The notes: a model not told the origin generated them from the letters alone. A stretch of DNA of 64,000 nucleotides from an uncultured candidate division Zixibacteria bacterium (GCA_963702205.1 OY969724.1:1568001-1632000), one strand, 5' to 3'; shown: positions 50,644-61,339, counted from the stretch's first letter. Made by a program: numbers and translations.

Positions 50644-51396
50644 ATGAAAAAGACAGCTACAATACTGGTATATCTCGCCCTGATTCTCGCCGTGGCATCG
50701 GTGATAGGTCAAGCTCAAACTATACCCAGGCTTTCTGTCGAAGTCGGCAAGTCCGATGACGCCAAAGACCTCTCGGTCACTCTTCAAATCGTACTATTGA
50801 TGACGGTTCTGACGCTGGCGCCGTCGATAATCCTGATGGTGACGTCGTTCATTCGCCTCGTTGTAGTCCTGGGCTTTTTGAGGCAGGCAATGGGGACGCA
50901 GCAGCTACCACCCAACCAGTTGTTGTTATCGCTGGCCTTGATATTGACCTTTTTCATAATAAGTCCGGCCGTAACCCAGGGGTACAACGACGGACTGAAG
51001 CCGTACCTTGACGGTGCGATAACCAAGGAAGAAGCCATCGAAAAAGGCACGGCGCCGTTCAAGAAATTTATGCTGGCCCAGACCCGGGAAAAAGATCTGG
51101 CTCTGTTTGTCAGCCTGTCCGAAACCGAACGTCCCGAAACACGGGAAGATGTGTCGTTCACGGTCCTTATCCCGGCTTTCGTGCTGTCCGAGCTTCGCAC
51201 CGGCTTCCAGATCGCGTTTTTGATTTTTGTCCCGTTTCTGGTGATTGACATGATCGTGGCCTCGGTGTTGATGTCGATGGGCATGATGATGTTGCCGCCA
51301 ATTATGGTGTCGCTGCCGTTCAAGATACTTTTGTTCGTCATGGTCGACGGCTGGTATTTGCTGGTCAAATCTTTGGTGGAGTCATTTTATAAATAG
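50644..51396 (+). CDS. fliP: Flagellar export gate protein
   Basis: LTLAPSI..TSF, QQLPPNQ, PAFVLSEL and LPFKILLFVMVDGW. Confidence 0.96.
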   Translation: MKKTATILVYLALILAVASVIGQAQTIPRLSVEVGKSDDAKDLSVTLQIVLLMTVLTLAPSIILMVTSFIRLVVVLGFLRQAMGTQQLPPNQLLLSLALILTFFIISPAVTQGYNDGLKPYLDGAITKEEAIEKGTAPFKKFMLAQTREKDLALFVSLSETERPETREDVSFTVLIPAFVLSELRTGFQIAFLIFVPFLVIDMIVASVLMSMGMMMLPPIMVSLPFKILLFVMVDGWYLLVKSLVESFYK

Positions 51397-51406
51397 GGAA
51401 TAGTTT

Positions 51407-51670
51407 ATGTCCGCAGAAATGGTCGTAATGCTCGGTCGTGAGGCGATTGTCGCCATGCTGACGGCGTCGGCTCCGATGTTGATTGCCGGTCTGGTGGTCG
51501 GTTTGCTGATTTCGATTTTTCAGGCGATCACCCAGATCAACGAAATGACCCTGACTTTTATCCCCAAAATTGTCGCGGTGGCGCTGGCCTTGTTAATCTT
51601 CCTGCCGTGGATAATAAACCTCCTCGTTTCTTTCACCATCCGTTTCTACGGAATGATCCCAAGTCTATAA
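51407..51670 (+). CDS. fliQ: Flagellar export gate protein
   Basis: FQAITQINEMTLTFIPK. Confidence 0.96.
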   Translation: MSAEMVVMLGREAIVAMLTASAPMLIAGLVVGLLISIFQAITQINEMTLTFIPKIVAVALALLIFLPWIINLLVSFTIRFYGMIPSL

Positions 51671-51812
51671 ATTCCATGCTGTTGAAAAACTTTCCAGACG
51701 ACTGGTCAAAAATTTCTCAATGGAACCGCCGGCCAAAATCCCGTGTCTTTTTATGCGTTCTTAAGTAGCTGACTCTCAATAACATAACGAATTCTAAGAA
51801 GCCTTCGGGCTT

Positions 51813-51827
51813 TGGCACAGGGCTTGA
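51813..51827 (+). promoter_or_regulatory. Sigma54 promoter upstream of fliR
   Basis: TGGCAC-AGGGC-TTGA. Confidence 0.7.
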
Positions 51828-51868
51828 TTAAAGTCTTGACGACAAACCCGTACTATAGGTAAAGAAGA

Positions 51869-52657
51869 TTGTTTGAATTCGTTACATACGGCGCAGAAAA
51901 ACTTCAAATTTTCCTGATGGTCACCATCAGAGCGGCCGGGATGTTCGTCATGGCTCCGGTGCTTGGCGACAAGGCCATCCCCCCGATGATTAAAGCCGGA
52001 TTCGCCATTTTGTTGGCGATCGTTTTGATTCCGGTCGCATCGCGGGTGGCCCTGCCTCCGGTTGATTCGATCTGGCAGCTGGTCTTGTTTGCCATCAAGG
52101 AATTTCTGGTCGGAGCGATCATCGGTCTGTTTTTCACCCTGTTGTTTGTCGGGGTGCGCATGGCCGGGGATATTGTCGGGTACCAGATCGGCCTGATGAT
52201 GGCCAACATCATGGACCCCAACACCAATTCACAGCATTCACTGGTCAGCGAATTTTATTATCTGCTGGCCGTTTTGATATTCCTGGCGATCGACGGTCAT
52301 CAGGCGGTCATTTCCGCCCTGGCCGACAGTTTCAAATTGATTCCGATCGGGACGTTCGCCGCCGACGGCACGCTCGGCGAGCAGTTGATTCGTTTTACGG
52401 CGCACACGTTCATTATCGGCTTGAAAGTCGGCGCGCCGGTAATCGTGACCCTGTTCATGACCAGCGTCGCGCTGGGGGTCGTCGCGAGAACGGTCCCGCA
52501 GATGAACATCTTCCTGGTCGGCATACCCCTGAAGATCATCGTCGGGTTTGCCGTCATGGCGGTCGCACTGCCGATCACCAAGTACGTCATTGTCAATTCA
52601 TTGAACTATCTGAACGAAAGCGTTCTCGGCCTGATGCAAGGGGTCGGGGCGCATTAA
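51869..52657 (+). CDS. fliR: Flagellar export gate protein
   Basis: AGDIVGYQIG, IDGH and RTVPQMNIF..GIPLK. Confidence 0.95.
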   Translation: MFEFVTYGAEKLQIFLMVTIRAAGMFVMAPVLGDKAIPPMIKAGFAILLAIVLIPVASRVALPPVDSIWQLVLFAIKEFLVGAIIGLFFTLLFVGVRMAGDIVGYQIGLMMANIMDPNTNSQHSLVSEFYYLLAVLIFLAIDGHQAVISALADSFKLIPIGTFAADGTLGEQLIRFTAHTFIIGLKVGAPVIVTLFMTSVALGVVARTVPQMNIFLVGIPLKIIVGFAVMAVALPITKYVIVNSLNYLNESVLGLMQGVGAH

Positions 52658-52666
52658 TGGAAGACT

Positions 52667-53737
52667 ATGGCTGAAGATCAATTTCAGGAAAGAACCGAAA
52701 AAGCAACGCCGCGAAAGCGGCGCAAAGCACGCGAAGAGGGACGGGTCGCCCGCTCCAATGAGCTCAATTCGGCCGTCATTCTTTGTCTGGGTGCTTTGGC
52801 TTTGTACCTGATCGGTCCCAGCATGATCAGCGGGCTGAAGTCATTCATGATTCAGTCGTTTACCGATGCCCCAAAAATAAGCGTGACCAATGATTCGCTG
52901 GCGGCGCTTCTCTCGAACCGGACGCTCTCGTTCTTTATGATATTGACCCCGTTTCTGGCGGTCCTGGCGGTCATAGCCTACGGCGTCAACGTCCTTCAGG
53001 TCGGGGTCATGTTCACGACCAAGCCGATGGAGCCTAAAGTCGATCGATTTAACCTCGCCAACGGTATCAAACGGATCATTTCGGTACGCTCGCTGGTGCA
53101 GCTCGTGCGTGACGTTGTCAAGCTGCTGTTGATCGGGCTGGTCGGGTATTGGGCGATTACCGGAAACCTGGATACGATTTACCATCTGTCGGATACGTCG
53201 ACCGAAGTTATCGCGACGGCAATCGGGCGTATCGCCCTGACGACGACGCTCCAGATCGGTGGTGTGATATTGCTGCTGGCGCTGTTCGACTATGCTTATC
53301 AGAAGTACGATTTCGAGAAAAATATCCGCATGTCCAAACAGGACATCCGCGAGGAAATGAAAGATACCGAGGGCAACCCGCAGATCAAGGCTCGGGTGCG
53401 TCAGCTGCAGCGCGAGATGTCACGCAAGCGCATGATGCGCGAAATTCCCGACGCCGATGTGGTTGTCACCAACCCGACTCATATAGCGGTGGCGCTCAAG
53501 TACAAACCGGAACTGATGGATGCCCCGCTGGTGGTTGCCAAAGGACAGCGGCTGATAGCGGAAAAGATCAAAGAAATCGCCAGGATGGCCGGCGTCCCGG
53601 TCGTGGAAAACAAGCCTCTGGCGAGGGCGCTTTTCAAAATGTGTGACATCGGCTCGCGAGTCCCGTCCGATCTGTATCGGGCCGTGGCCGAAGTGCTGGC
53701 GTACGTTTACAGACTCAAGGGTCATGAGGTTCAATGA
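52667..53737 (+). CDS. flhB: Flagellar export specificity protein
   Basis: RTEKATPRK, EGNP and NPTH autocleavage motif. Confidence 0.96.
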   Translation: MAEDQFQERTEKATPRKRRKAREEGRVARSNELNSAVILCLGALALYLIGPSMISGLKSFMIQSFTDAPKISVTNDSLAALLSNRTLSFFMILTPFLAVLAVIAYGVNVLQVGVMFTTKPMEPKVDRFNLANGIKRIISVRSLVQLVRDVVKLLLIGLVGYWAITGNLDTIYHLSDTSTEVIATAIGRIALTTTLQIGGVILLLALFDYAYQKYDFEKNIRMSKQDIREEMKDTEGNPQIKARVRQLQREMSRKRMMREIPDADVVVTNPTHIAVALKYKPELMDAPLVVAKGQRLIAEKIKEIARMAGVPVVENKPLARALFKMCDIGSRVPSDLYRAVAEVLAYVYRLKGHEVQ

Positions 53738-55815
53738 TGGCAGACAATTCCGCCACATCTATTTTGGGTACGCTTAACAAGCGCAGCGATATCGTCCTGG
53801 CGCTGGGTGTTATCGGTATCATCGGCGTTCTGGTCATACCGGTCCCGCCGGGCTTTCTGGATTTCGCGCTGGCCTTCAATATCACCTTCTCGCTGGTGAT
53901 ACTGCTTTCAACTTTGTACATACGCAGCCCGCTCGATCTTTCGGTCTTCCCGGGCATGCTCTTGATAGTTACATTGATGCGTCTGGCGCTGAACGTAGCG
54001 TCGACCCGTCTGATATTGAGCACCGGTTACGCCGGTGAAGTAATCAACTCTTTCGGTAATTTTGTCGTCCGCGGCAATTACGTGGTCGGCTTTATTATCT
54101 TCGTCATCCTGGTCATCATACAATTTGTCGTCATCACGAAAGGCGCGGGAAGAATTTCCGAAGTGGCCGCCCGGTTTACTTTGGACGCCATGCCGGGCAA
54201 GCAGATGGCTATCGACGCCGACCTCAACGCCGGTCTGATCAACGACGAAGAAGCCAAGAAACGCCGTCAGGACATAGCCCATGAGGCGGATTTCTACGGT
54301 GCAATGGATGGTGCTTCCAAGTTCGTGCGCGGCGATGCCATCGCCGGTATTCTCATCACGATGATCAATATCATCGGCGGTATCGTCATCGGCATAATGA
54401 TGCAGGGGAAAACGGTCAGCGAGTCGCTGCACACGTACACCCTGTTGTCGGTCGGTGACGGTCTGGTCACCCAGATACCTGCCCTTATCGTGTCCACTGC
54501 AGCCGGTATTATCGTAACCCGCGCGGCCTCGGATGACAACATGGGCAGCGATTTAACCCGCCAGCTTCTCAAGCAGCCGCGCGCCATTATGATCGCGGCC
54601 GGGATGCTGGTCGCGTTCGGGGTCGTGCCCGGTATGCCGACCGTCCCGTTCATGCTCCTCGGGCTGGCGGTTGGCACGGTTGGATATTTGACCAACGAGA
54701 GCATGAAGAAACAGAAACAGGACGAAAAGAAAGAAAAGATCGCTAAAGATAATGCACCACTCGAGGAGCGCACCGAAGACCTTCTTAAGATAGATCAACT
54801 TGAACTCGAAATAGGCTATGGACTGATTCCCCTGGTTGATGAAAAACAGGGCGGTGATTTGCTCACACGGATATCGTCGATTCGCAAGCAAATGGCCGGG
54901 GATATGGGCATAATCGTCCCGCCGATACGAATCCGCGACAACATCCGGCTCAACCCCAATCAGTACCGCGTAAAAGTTAAAGGGATCGAAGTGGCCCGCT
55001 TTGAACTCATGCCGGACCATGTGCTGGCCATTAATCCCGGAAATATAGATGAAAGCATCGACGGTTTCGACGCGGTCGAACCGGCTTTCCAGCTTAAGGC
55101 TCGCTGGATAATCGCCGACCTCAAGGACATCGCCGAGGGTCAGGGATACACCGTGGTCGAACCGAGCGCGGTCGTGGCGACCCACTTGACCGAACTGATC
55201 AGGTCCCATTCGGCCGAGCTCTTGAGCCGTCAGGATGTATCGCATCTTATCGATACGCTTAAGGAAGACTATCCGTCGCTGGTGGTCGATATCGTCCCCA
55301 ACGTCGTTCCGCTTTCGGTCGTGCAGAAAGTATTGCAGGCGCTTCTGTCCGAACGCATACCGATTCGCAACCTGCCGACCATAATGGAGGCGATTTCGGA
55401 TTATTACCAGGCTACCAAAGAACCGGAAATCCTGGCGGAGTACGTCCGCATGTCGCTCAAGCGGCAGATCACCAATATGTACCGCGATCAGAACAATCGC
55501 ATTACCGTCTTTACCATAGACCCGACCATCGAACAGACCCTGACCGATTCGGTGCAAAACACCAAGCAGGGTCTGATGTTCATAACCGATCCCGCTTTTT
55601 CGGAAAAACTCGTGAAACGAGTCGGCAAAGCGATCGACAAACTGTCCATCGCGGGACTGACGCCGGTTTGCCTGTGCTCGCCCAACATAAGGCTGGCCAT
55701 GAAACGCCTGACCGAAGCGGCGCACCCGCAGCTGGTCGTGCTGTCTTACAACGAAGTAACCAATGACGTGGAAATTCTGTCCAACGACGTCGTGAGGTTG
55801 GAAGATGATAATTAA
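53734..55815 (+). CDS. flhA: Flagellar export protein
   Basis: RISEVAARFTLDAMPGKQMAIDADLNAG and FYGAMDGASKFVRGDA. Confidence 0.97.
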   Translation: MMADNSATSILGTLNKRSDIVLALGVIGIIGVLVIPVPPGFLDFALAFNITFSLVILLSTLYIRSPLDLSVFPGMLLIVTLMRLALNVASTRLILSTGYAGEVINSFGNFVVRGNYVVGFIIFVILVIIQFVVITKGAGRISEVAARFTLDAMPGKQMAIDADLNAGLINDEEAKKRRQDIAHEADFYGAMDGASKFVRGDAIAGILITMINIIGGIVIGIMMQGKTVSESLHTYTLLSVGDGLVTQIPALIVSTAAGIIVTRAASDDNMGSDLTRQLLKQPRAIMIAAGMLVAFGVVPGMPTVPFMLLGLAVGTVGYLTNESMKKQKQDEKKEKIAKDNAPLEERTEDLLKIDQLELEIGYGLIPLVDEKQGGDLLTRISSIRKQMAGDMGIIVPPIRIRDNIRLNPNQYRVKVKGIEVARFELMPDHVLAINPGNIDESIDGFDAVEPAFQLKARWIIADLKDIAEGQGYTVVEPSAVVATHLTELIRSHSAELLSRQDVSHLIDTLKEDYPSLVVDIVPNVVPLSVVQKVLQALLSERIPIRNLPTIMEAISDYYQATKEPEILAEYVRMSLKRQITNMYRDQNNRITVFTIDPTIEQTLTDSVQNTKQGLMFITDPAFSEKLVKRVGKAIDKLSIAGLTPVCLCSPNIRLAMKRLTEAAHPQLVVLSYNEVTNDVEILSNDVVRLEDDN

Positions 55816-56878
55816 GTCGTACGTAGAAAATACCGCCGCGGCGGCCTTGAAAAAAATCCGCGAAGAGATGGGCGAACAGGCCCTGATCCTGCACACGCGG
55901 CACATTCGCAATGGCCGTGCCAGCCGCAAAATTGAAGTCACGGCGTGCATCGATGAGGCGCTCGTGCCGTCGCTGAAATCACTGATCAATCCCGAAGCGG
56001 CGACCACCGATGATATTGTGCCGCGCGGAGTTGAATCAGAGCGGGTTTCCGAAGGACCGATTCCTGAAATTGATAATATTATCGCTCCATCATCATCCGT
56101 GATCGAAACCGTTCCGTCGAGGCTGCGCAATGTGCACGACAGGCTAATGGACTTTGATGTTCCTTCGGAACAGGCCGAAATACTTCTCGCCGAAGTACGA
56201 AACATCGAAGATGTCGATCAGATTACGAATAGTGCGATTCATAATGCATTAAAGACTTCGATTGCAAAACTTATTAACGATAAAGTCTCGATTCCGGCCG
56301 GGTCAAAAGTCATGTTCATCGGGACCAGCGGAGCCGGAAAGACTTCAACCCTGGCCAAAATGGCGGCCGAACTGACGGCTTTTCGACGGACCAAAGTCCG
56401 CCTGACCAGCTTCGACACGCAGAAAATATCGGCTCATGAAGAAGTCGGCGGTTATGCCGATCTGCTCGACGCCCCGTACGAAGTCAATCCGCAAAAAGAA
56501 CTTAAAGCCGCGAAAAACGAAGTCGTCCTGATCGATACGCCGTCGCTGTCGTACAGTGCAAATGGAATCGCCTCTGTGCAAAGTTTGATCAATCTGGCCC
56601 GACCTAATCTCGTTTTCATGGTTTTGTCCGTATGTAATCGGGCAAAGGATTTAATCGAATTCAAAGAGGGGATTCAAACCGTACAACCGGACCTGCTGAT
56701 CGCCACGCATCTGGATGAAACCCGAAGATGGGGCGGCATGCTGGCTGCGGCCGTGGCGACCGGTATCCCTCTGGCATTTGTAACCAATTCACCCGGGGGT
56801 GTGGGGGAACTGCACGTCCCGGAACCGGAAAAGGTTATCGCGAAAATGATGAACGGCGGTGAAACCCGGCATGAATAA
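55805..56878 (+). CDS. flhF: Flagellar biosynthesis SRP-family GTPase (divergent)
   Basis: MIIKSY..ALKKIREEMG N-terminus, GAGKTST, IDT and THLDET. Confidence 0.85.
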   Translation: MIIKSYVENTAAAALKKIREEMGEQALILHTRHIRNGRASRKIEVTACIDEALVPSLKSLINPEAATTDDIVPRGVESERVSEGPIPEIDNIIAPSSSVIETVPSRLRNVHDRLMDFDVPSEQAEILLAEVRNIEDVDQITNSAIHNALKTSIAKLINDKVSIPAGSKVMFIGTSGAGKTSTLAKMAAELTAFRRTKVRLTSFDTQKISAHEEVGGYADLLDAPYEVNPQKELKAAKNEVVLIDTPSLSYSANGIASVQSLINLARPNLVFMVLSVCNRAKDLIEFKEGIQTVQPDLLIATHLDETRRWGGMLAAAVATGIPLAFVTNSPGGVGELHVPEPEKVIAKMMNGGETRHE

Positions 56879-57735
56879 AAACGCCTCCAAAATCAATCGC
56901 ATGAATATCTCGCCAAAGATACAGCCGGTAGTAATTTCCGTACTATCGGGTAAAGGCGGGGTCGGCAAATCGACGACGGCTTACTATCTGGCGCAAGTCC
57001 TGTCCGAGCACGGACGCGTCATGCTCGCCGATGCCGATCTGTTGTTCGGCGACCTGCATATCATCGCCAATGTTATTCCCCAATGCACTATTAATAGATA
57101 TCTGCTCGATGAAAATGCCTTCCGCGAACCGGCCGTCGTAAACGACAACCTGCACTTGCTGGCGTCGCCGTCGACGTCGGGTGGTGAGCTCGATGTCAAC
57201 GTCGCGGGCATTGCCGAGGATTTGGCGCGTCTGCCGGAAATGTGCGCGGAGTACCGATTACTTGATTTTGGATACCCCCTCGGGTGTTATCGACATAATC
57301 GCTGCCGCCGCCGCCGTCTCGGACATTCGTCTGATTTCGGTCATGCCGGATCTGACGGCCATATCCGATGGCTATGGACTTTTAAAATACCTGAAAATTC
57401 TTGGAATAAACGGGCCGCATTATCTTCTGCCCAATCGTTGTCGGAACGAAGAGGAAGCCTTATTCATATATTCCGAATTCGCCGAGATATGCAGGAGATT
57501 CCTTAAAATCAGGCCCGAGTGTCTCGGTTATGTTTATGAAAATCATTACCTTGCGGCAAGGCTGCGGCCTTTTGAGAAAGACGCCGATTTACGGCGTTTT
57601 TCGACGATCTCAGAAGAATTCAAAGACCTGGCCCGGGCCATTCTTGCCATAAAGCCAAAACCACGCAATACAAATTCATTTAACCGTTCGCAGACCGTTA
57701 ACACAAGCCGGTTTGCGACCGATATAAAAGGATAG
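56871..57735 (+). pseudogene. flhG: MinD-like ATPase FlhG/FleN with a +1 frameshift near 57255 (possibly a sequencing error)
   Basis: SGKGGVGKST and DADL; removing one C gives EYDYLILDTPSG..PDLTAISDGYGLLK. Confidence 0.85.
57699..57725 (+). promoter_or_regulatory. Putative sigma28 promoter upstream of fliA
   Basis: TAAC-N15-ACCGATAT versus consensus TAAA-N15-GCCGATAA. Confidence 0.45.
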
Positions 57736-57742
57736 CACTCTT

Positions 57743-58624
57743 ATGGTTAGCACGCTTAAAAGACGATCCGGGAGTGATAAGCCAGCCGCCACAAAGCTGG
57801 AGCGAATTTCGGTTTACAAAGAAAATACCACGCGTAAGACAACCAGGACCAAAAAACCGCTCGACGTATCGCTGGATTGGCTGCGTTATCAAAGAAGTCA
57901 ATGCCCGGAGGTTCGGGCCCGGCTTCTTAAAAAGTACCTTCCGCTGGTGCGAAACGTAGCCGGACGCATGGCTATTGGTTTCCCGAGGTCGGTGGAACTC
58001 TCCGACCTGATTAACACCGGGGTTATCGGTCTGGTCGAGGCCTTCGCCAATTTCGACCCGGACCGGGGCGTGAAATTTGAAACGTACGCCGTCCCGAGAA
58101 TCAGAGGAGCCATCCTGGATGAACTGCGCGCTTTGGATTGGGTGCCGCGTTCGGCGCGCGCCCGTTCCCGTGAAATAGAACGAGCCGTCAATTCTCTTGA
58201 AAACGACCATGGTCGTCAACCGTCCAACGTCGAGCTGGCCGAAAAACTTGGATTTACGATGGCTGAACTTATGTCGGCCATCGGAGATATCTGTAACTCG
58301 TCGCTGCTATCGCTGGACGAAACGGTATATCGCGAGGAGGATAACCACCAGGTGCCCAGAATAGAAACCGTCAGCGATGCGAATCATCCGTCGGCATTGG
58401 GCGACGTCGAGAAGCTGGAAATGCGGGCGTTCTTGACCACCGCCATCGACCGACTGACCGAACAGGAGAAGCTGGTCATCGCCTTGTACTATTTCGAAGA
58501 GCTGACTCTTAAGGAGATCGGTGAGGTGATGTCAATATCCGAATCCCGGGTATCGCAGATACACACCAAGGCGGTGCTGAAACTTCGCGGCATGGTCAGG
58601 GAGAAATTCGCGCTGACCGCGTAA
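57743..58624 (+). CDS. fliA: Flagellar sigma factor sigma28
   Basis: KFETYAVPRIRGAILDELRALDWVPRS and LTLKEIGEV..SESRVSQIH. Confidence 0.96.
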   Translation: MVSTLKRRSGSDKPAATKLERISVYKENTTRKTTRTKKPLDVSLDWLRYQRSQCPEVRARLLKKYLPLVRNVAGRMAIGFPRSVELSDLINTGVIGLVEAFANFDPDRGVKFETYAVPRIRGAILDELRALDWVPRSARARSREIERAVNSLENDHGRQPSNVELAEKLGFTMAELMSAIGDICNSSLLSLDETVYREEDNHQVPRIETVSDANHPSALGDVEKLEMRAFLTTAIDRLTEQEKLVIALYYFEELTLKEIGEVMSISESRVSQIHTKAVLKLRGMVREKFALTA

Positions 58625-58635
58625 GGGAAAAAGTT

Positions 58636-58935
58636 ATGGTAGACCCGGCCTACATTGCGGACACCATCTCAAAGACGGAACTGGTGCGCAAGCTGAAACA
58701 GGAAAGGAAAGCGGCTCCCGAAATGGAGCAGCGCCTGATTCAGGATGAAGTCCACCGGAAAACCACCGACGACGCCGCGCGGGCCAAGGAAGCGGGCAAA
58801 AGCGACCTGCTCGTCATAAGCGAAGAAGGCCGGGAAAAGCACAGGAAGAAGATGCCGAAAAGGGAAAAGCCCGAAACCGAAGAGGAAAGCCCCGACCAGG
58901 ATACACCGGAGCAGCATCTCGATATAGAAGTGTAA
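58636..58935 (+). CDS. Hypothetical protein in the flagellar cluster
   Basis: Operonic spacing, charged sequence, C-terminal HLDIEV. Confidence 0.6.
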   Translation: MVDPAYIADTISKTELVRKLKQERKAAPEMEQRLIQDEVHRKTTDDAARAKEAGKSDLLVISEEGREKHRKKMPKREKPETEEESPDQDTPEQHLDIEV

Positions 58936-58967
58936 ACAATTGCTTGAATAGAGAATAAGGAGGATTC

Positions 58968-59417
58968 ATGGAAATAGGAATTTCACAGGATGCGTTGATC
59001 GATATCGGATTGAACGCGGCCGGATTTTTCATCGGCGGCATGATTATCATGCTGATCGGCAGTTTCTGGAAATCACGCCGGGCGACGGTCGGGATTTCTT
59101 CGGGAGCGACGGCCGTGATAACCGAGCCGGTTCCGTCGACACCCAAAGAGAAAGTGCATCGTGCGGAAAGATCCGATTTCAATGGCGAATTCGTCAATTT
59201 CAACAATATGAACTGGCAAAGTGAAAAAACACAGCCGACGACCAGGACCGAATCAGCAGGTCCGGCCCGCGATCGTCAGCAAGTCATAAAGATGGCCCGG
59301 CAAATGCTGGCCGAAAAAAGAGATGAAAGCGAATTAAGAGCAGACCTGCCTGTAACCGACGGGGAACTCGCATACGCCAAATACCTCGAAAAACTTACCA
59401 ATGCGGGGAGGAAATAG
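58968..59417 (+). CDS. Hypothetical single-TM protein with possible C-terminal helical domain
   Basis: AAGGAGG SD; N-terminal hydrophobic helix. Confidence 0.65.
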   Translation: MEIGISQDALIDIGLNAAGFFIGGMIIMLIGSFWKSRRATVGISSGATAVITEPVPSTPKEKVHRAERSDFNGEFVNFNNMNWQSEKTQPTTRTESAGPARDRQQVIKMARQMLAEKRDESELRADLPVTDGELAYAKYLEKLTNAGRK

Positions 59418-59419
59418 TA

Positions 59420-60595
59420 ATGACGCAGGAATCACCATTTTTCCTGACCAGGGTGGAATGCCCCATCTGCAAAACAATAAACGAGTACGAGACCATTAAA
59501 GTGGGTGCCTATACCGAGCGCGATCGTGATACCGACTTTCGTCCGACCGATCGCACATGGCGTAATCCCCGCTATCAGGCTTATGACCCGCTGCTTTACT
59601 TTACTGCGACCTGTTCCAACTGCCTTTATACCCGGGAATTTACCCAGAAGTACAAAGACTGGAAGAATGATTCGTACTTCAAGACGTATCGCCTTAAAGT
59701 CGTCAAGCAAAAGCACCTGGAACTACTGGCCGGGTCCGATTCGGCCGTAAAGATGATCGGCCAGATGCTTGATCCCGTTCGTTACCCGAGCGAGACGGCC
59801 GTCCTGAAACTGATCCTGGCCGTGATCGATGAAAATTTCAATGACAAACAAAACGATCTGGACCTCGGGCGCTTTTATCTTCGCATCGGCTGGCTCTTCC
59901 GGGGATTGAACGAAGGCGTCGATCCCAACGAGGCGAGCCTGAAAGGTCATTTGCTCGATATAAGTAAAAGGCTTAGCGGGCTGCGCGGGACTCTCGAAGG
60001 ATTCAATACTCAGATTGAACAGGTGAAAAACGCCCTGCAGCTGCAGGTCAACGACGATCGCTTCTCGACCGAAGTCAAGTCTCAGTTGATGCCGCTCAAG
60101 GATAAGTACGACACCGAACTGGATGATATCCTCGAAACAACAAAGCGGCTCGAACAACGTCTCACCGGCCTAAACGACGTTTCCGGCGAATGCCTTCCGA
60201 CCGTCGCGAAAGATTCGTCGGGGCCGGGCTATTTCAGCTATGCCGAATTTTCCGATTTCCTGGGCGAACTTTCCCGCAAGACGGAAGGAATTCCGGTCAA
60301 TGAAAAACAGGCGCTGACGCTCGCCGTCGATTATTACAAGAAAGCCTTCAAGAACGGCAAAGAAATTGGCAAAGGCAATCAGCAGATTCAGGCGTCATAC
60401 CTGATTGCGGAACTGTCGCGGCGCATCGGGGCTTTCGAGCAGGCCAAGGAATATTTCAATACGACTATTCGGGCGGGGCAGGAATTCGTCTATCGCCACC
60501 GCAACGATCAGAGCCGTACCGCCATGGCACGGAAAATTCTTGAACTGGCCATCGAACAAGGACGGGATAATTTATCCCACGCGCAAAACGGATAG
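59420..60595 (+). CDS. DUF2225 family protein (Zn ribbon plus TPR-like helices) with central coiled coil
   Basis: CPIC..DTDFRP..CSNC, LRIGWLFR and YLIAELSRRIG. Confidence 0.8.
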   Translation: MTQESPFFLTRVECPICKTINEYETIKVGAYTERDRDTDFRPTDRTWRNPRYQAYDPLLYFTATCSNCLYTREFTQKYKDWKNDSYFKTYRLKVVKQKHLELLAGSDSAVKMIGQMLDPVRYPSETAVLKLILAVIDENFNDKQNDLDLGRFYLRIGWLFRGLNEGVDPNEASLKGHLLDISKRLSGLRGTLEGFNTQIEQVKNALQLQVNDDRFSTEVKSQLMPLKDKYDTELDDILETTKRLEQRLTGLNDVSGECLPTVAKDSSGPGYFSYAEFSDFLGELSRKTEGIPVNEKQALTLAVDYYKKAFKNGKEIGKGNQQIQASYLIAELSRRIGAFEQAKEYFNTTIRAGQEFVYRHRNDQSRTAMARKILELAIEQGRDNLSHAQNG

Positions 60596-60601
60596 GTTTT
60601 A

Positions 60602-61339
60602 ATGCTGACTAAACAAAGTGCTCCCCATATCGAACTCTGGGAAAAGGTCGAACTGGTATCCGAAGAGGACCCCACGGGTGTTTTCTACCGGTCCCGGGTC
60701 GAGGACTTTACGCCCGACGGTATCGTCATCGCTCGCCCGGTTTTTTCCGGAGGCGACGGGCAGCTTTTGACCACGAAATCCCACGTTTACGTTCGCTTTC
60801 TGCGCACCGACGCCATGTATCAATTTTCCGCCCGGATGAAAACTATCGAAGAAGCTTCGGGCAGGAAAGTCCTGCTGTACGACGTCGGCGAACGGAAGCG
60901 GGTGCAAAGGCGGGAATTCGTGCGGGTCCGTTTCGATCTGGATCTGGAATATGCCCTTTTGTCAGATAATAATTGGGATATCGAAACCCTCGAATGGAAA
61001 TCATCGAATACGATTGATATTTCCGCGGGCGGTCTTCTGATGAGTGTCGACGATACTGTGCGGGAAGATGACCGGTTTTTGCTCGATATCGACCGGGCTC
61101 GTCATACGGGTCTGCCGCGAATGATAACCGCGATTTGCTGCCGCGTTATTCACATGAATAATAACTTTCTGGCCGGTGTGATGCTTATCCGGAAGAGAGA
61201 TTTAGTGAAATTTTTCTCTCCCGAACAGATTGAACGCCTCCCGGAACCGGCCCGGCAATTCGATGCCTTGGCTCAGAACAAACTGAGCAAATTCGTCTTT
61301 GACGAACAAATTCACAAACGTCAGATGGGCAAATTATGA
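60602..61339 (+). CDS. YcgR-like PilZN-PilZ flagellar brake protein
   Basis: QRREFVR and DISAGG c-di-GMP motifs; N-terminal YRSRVED domain. Confidence 0.85.
   Translation: MLTKQSAPHIELWEKVELVSEEDPTGVFYRSRVEDFTPDGIVIARPVFSGGDGQLLTTKSHVYVRFLRTDAMYQFSARMKTIEEASGRKVLLYDVGERKRVQRREFVRVRFDLDLEYALLSDNNWDIETLEWKSSNTIDISAGGLLMSVDDTVREDDRFLLDIDRARHTGLPRMITAICCRVIHMNNNFLAGVMLIRKRDLVKFFSPEQIERLPEPARQFDALAQNKLSKFVFDEQIHKRQMGKL

Noticed and set aside
54553..56205. 550-aa antisense ORF
   Set aside because: Shadow of flhA and flhF
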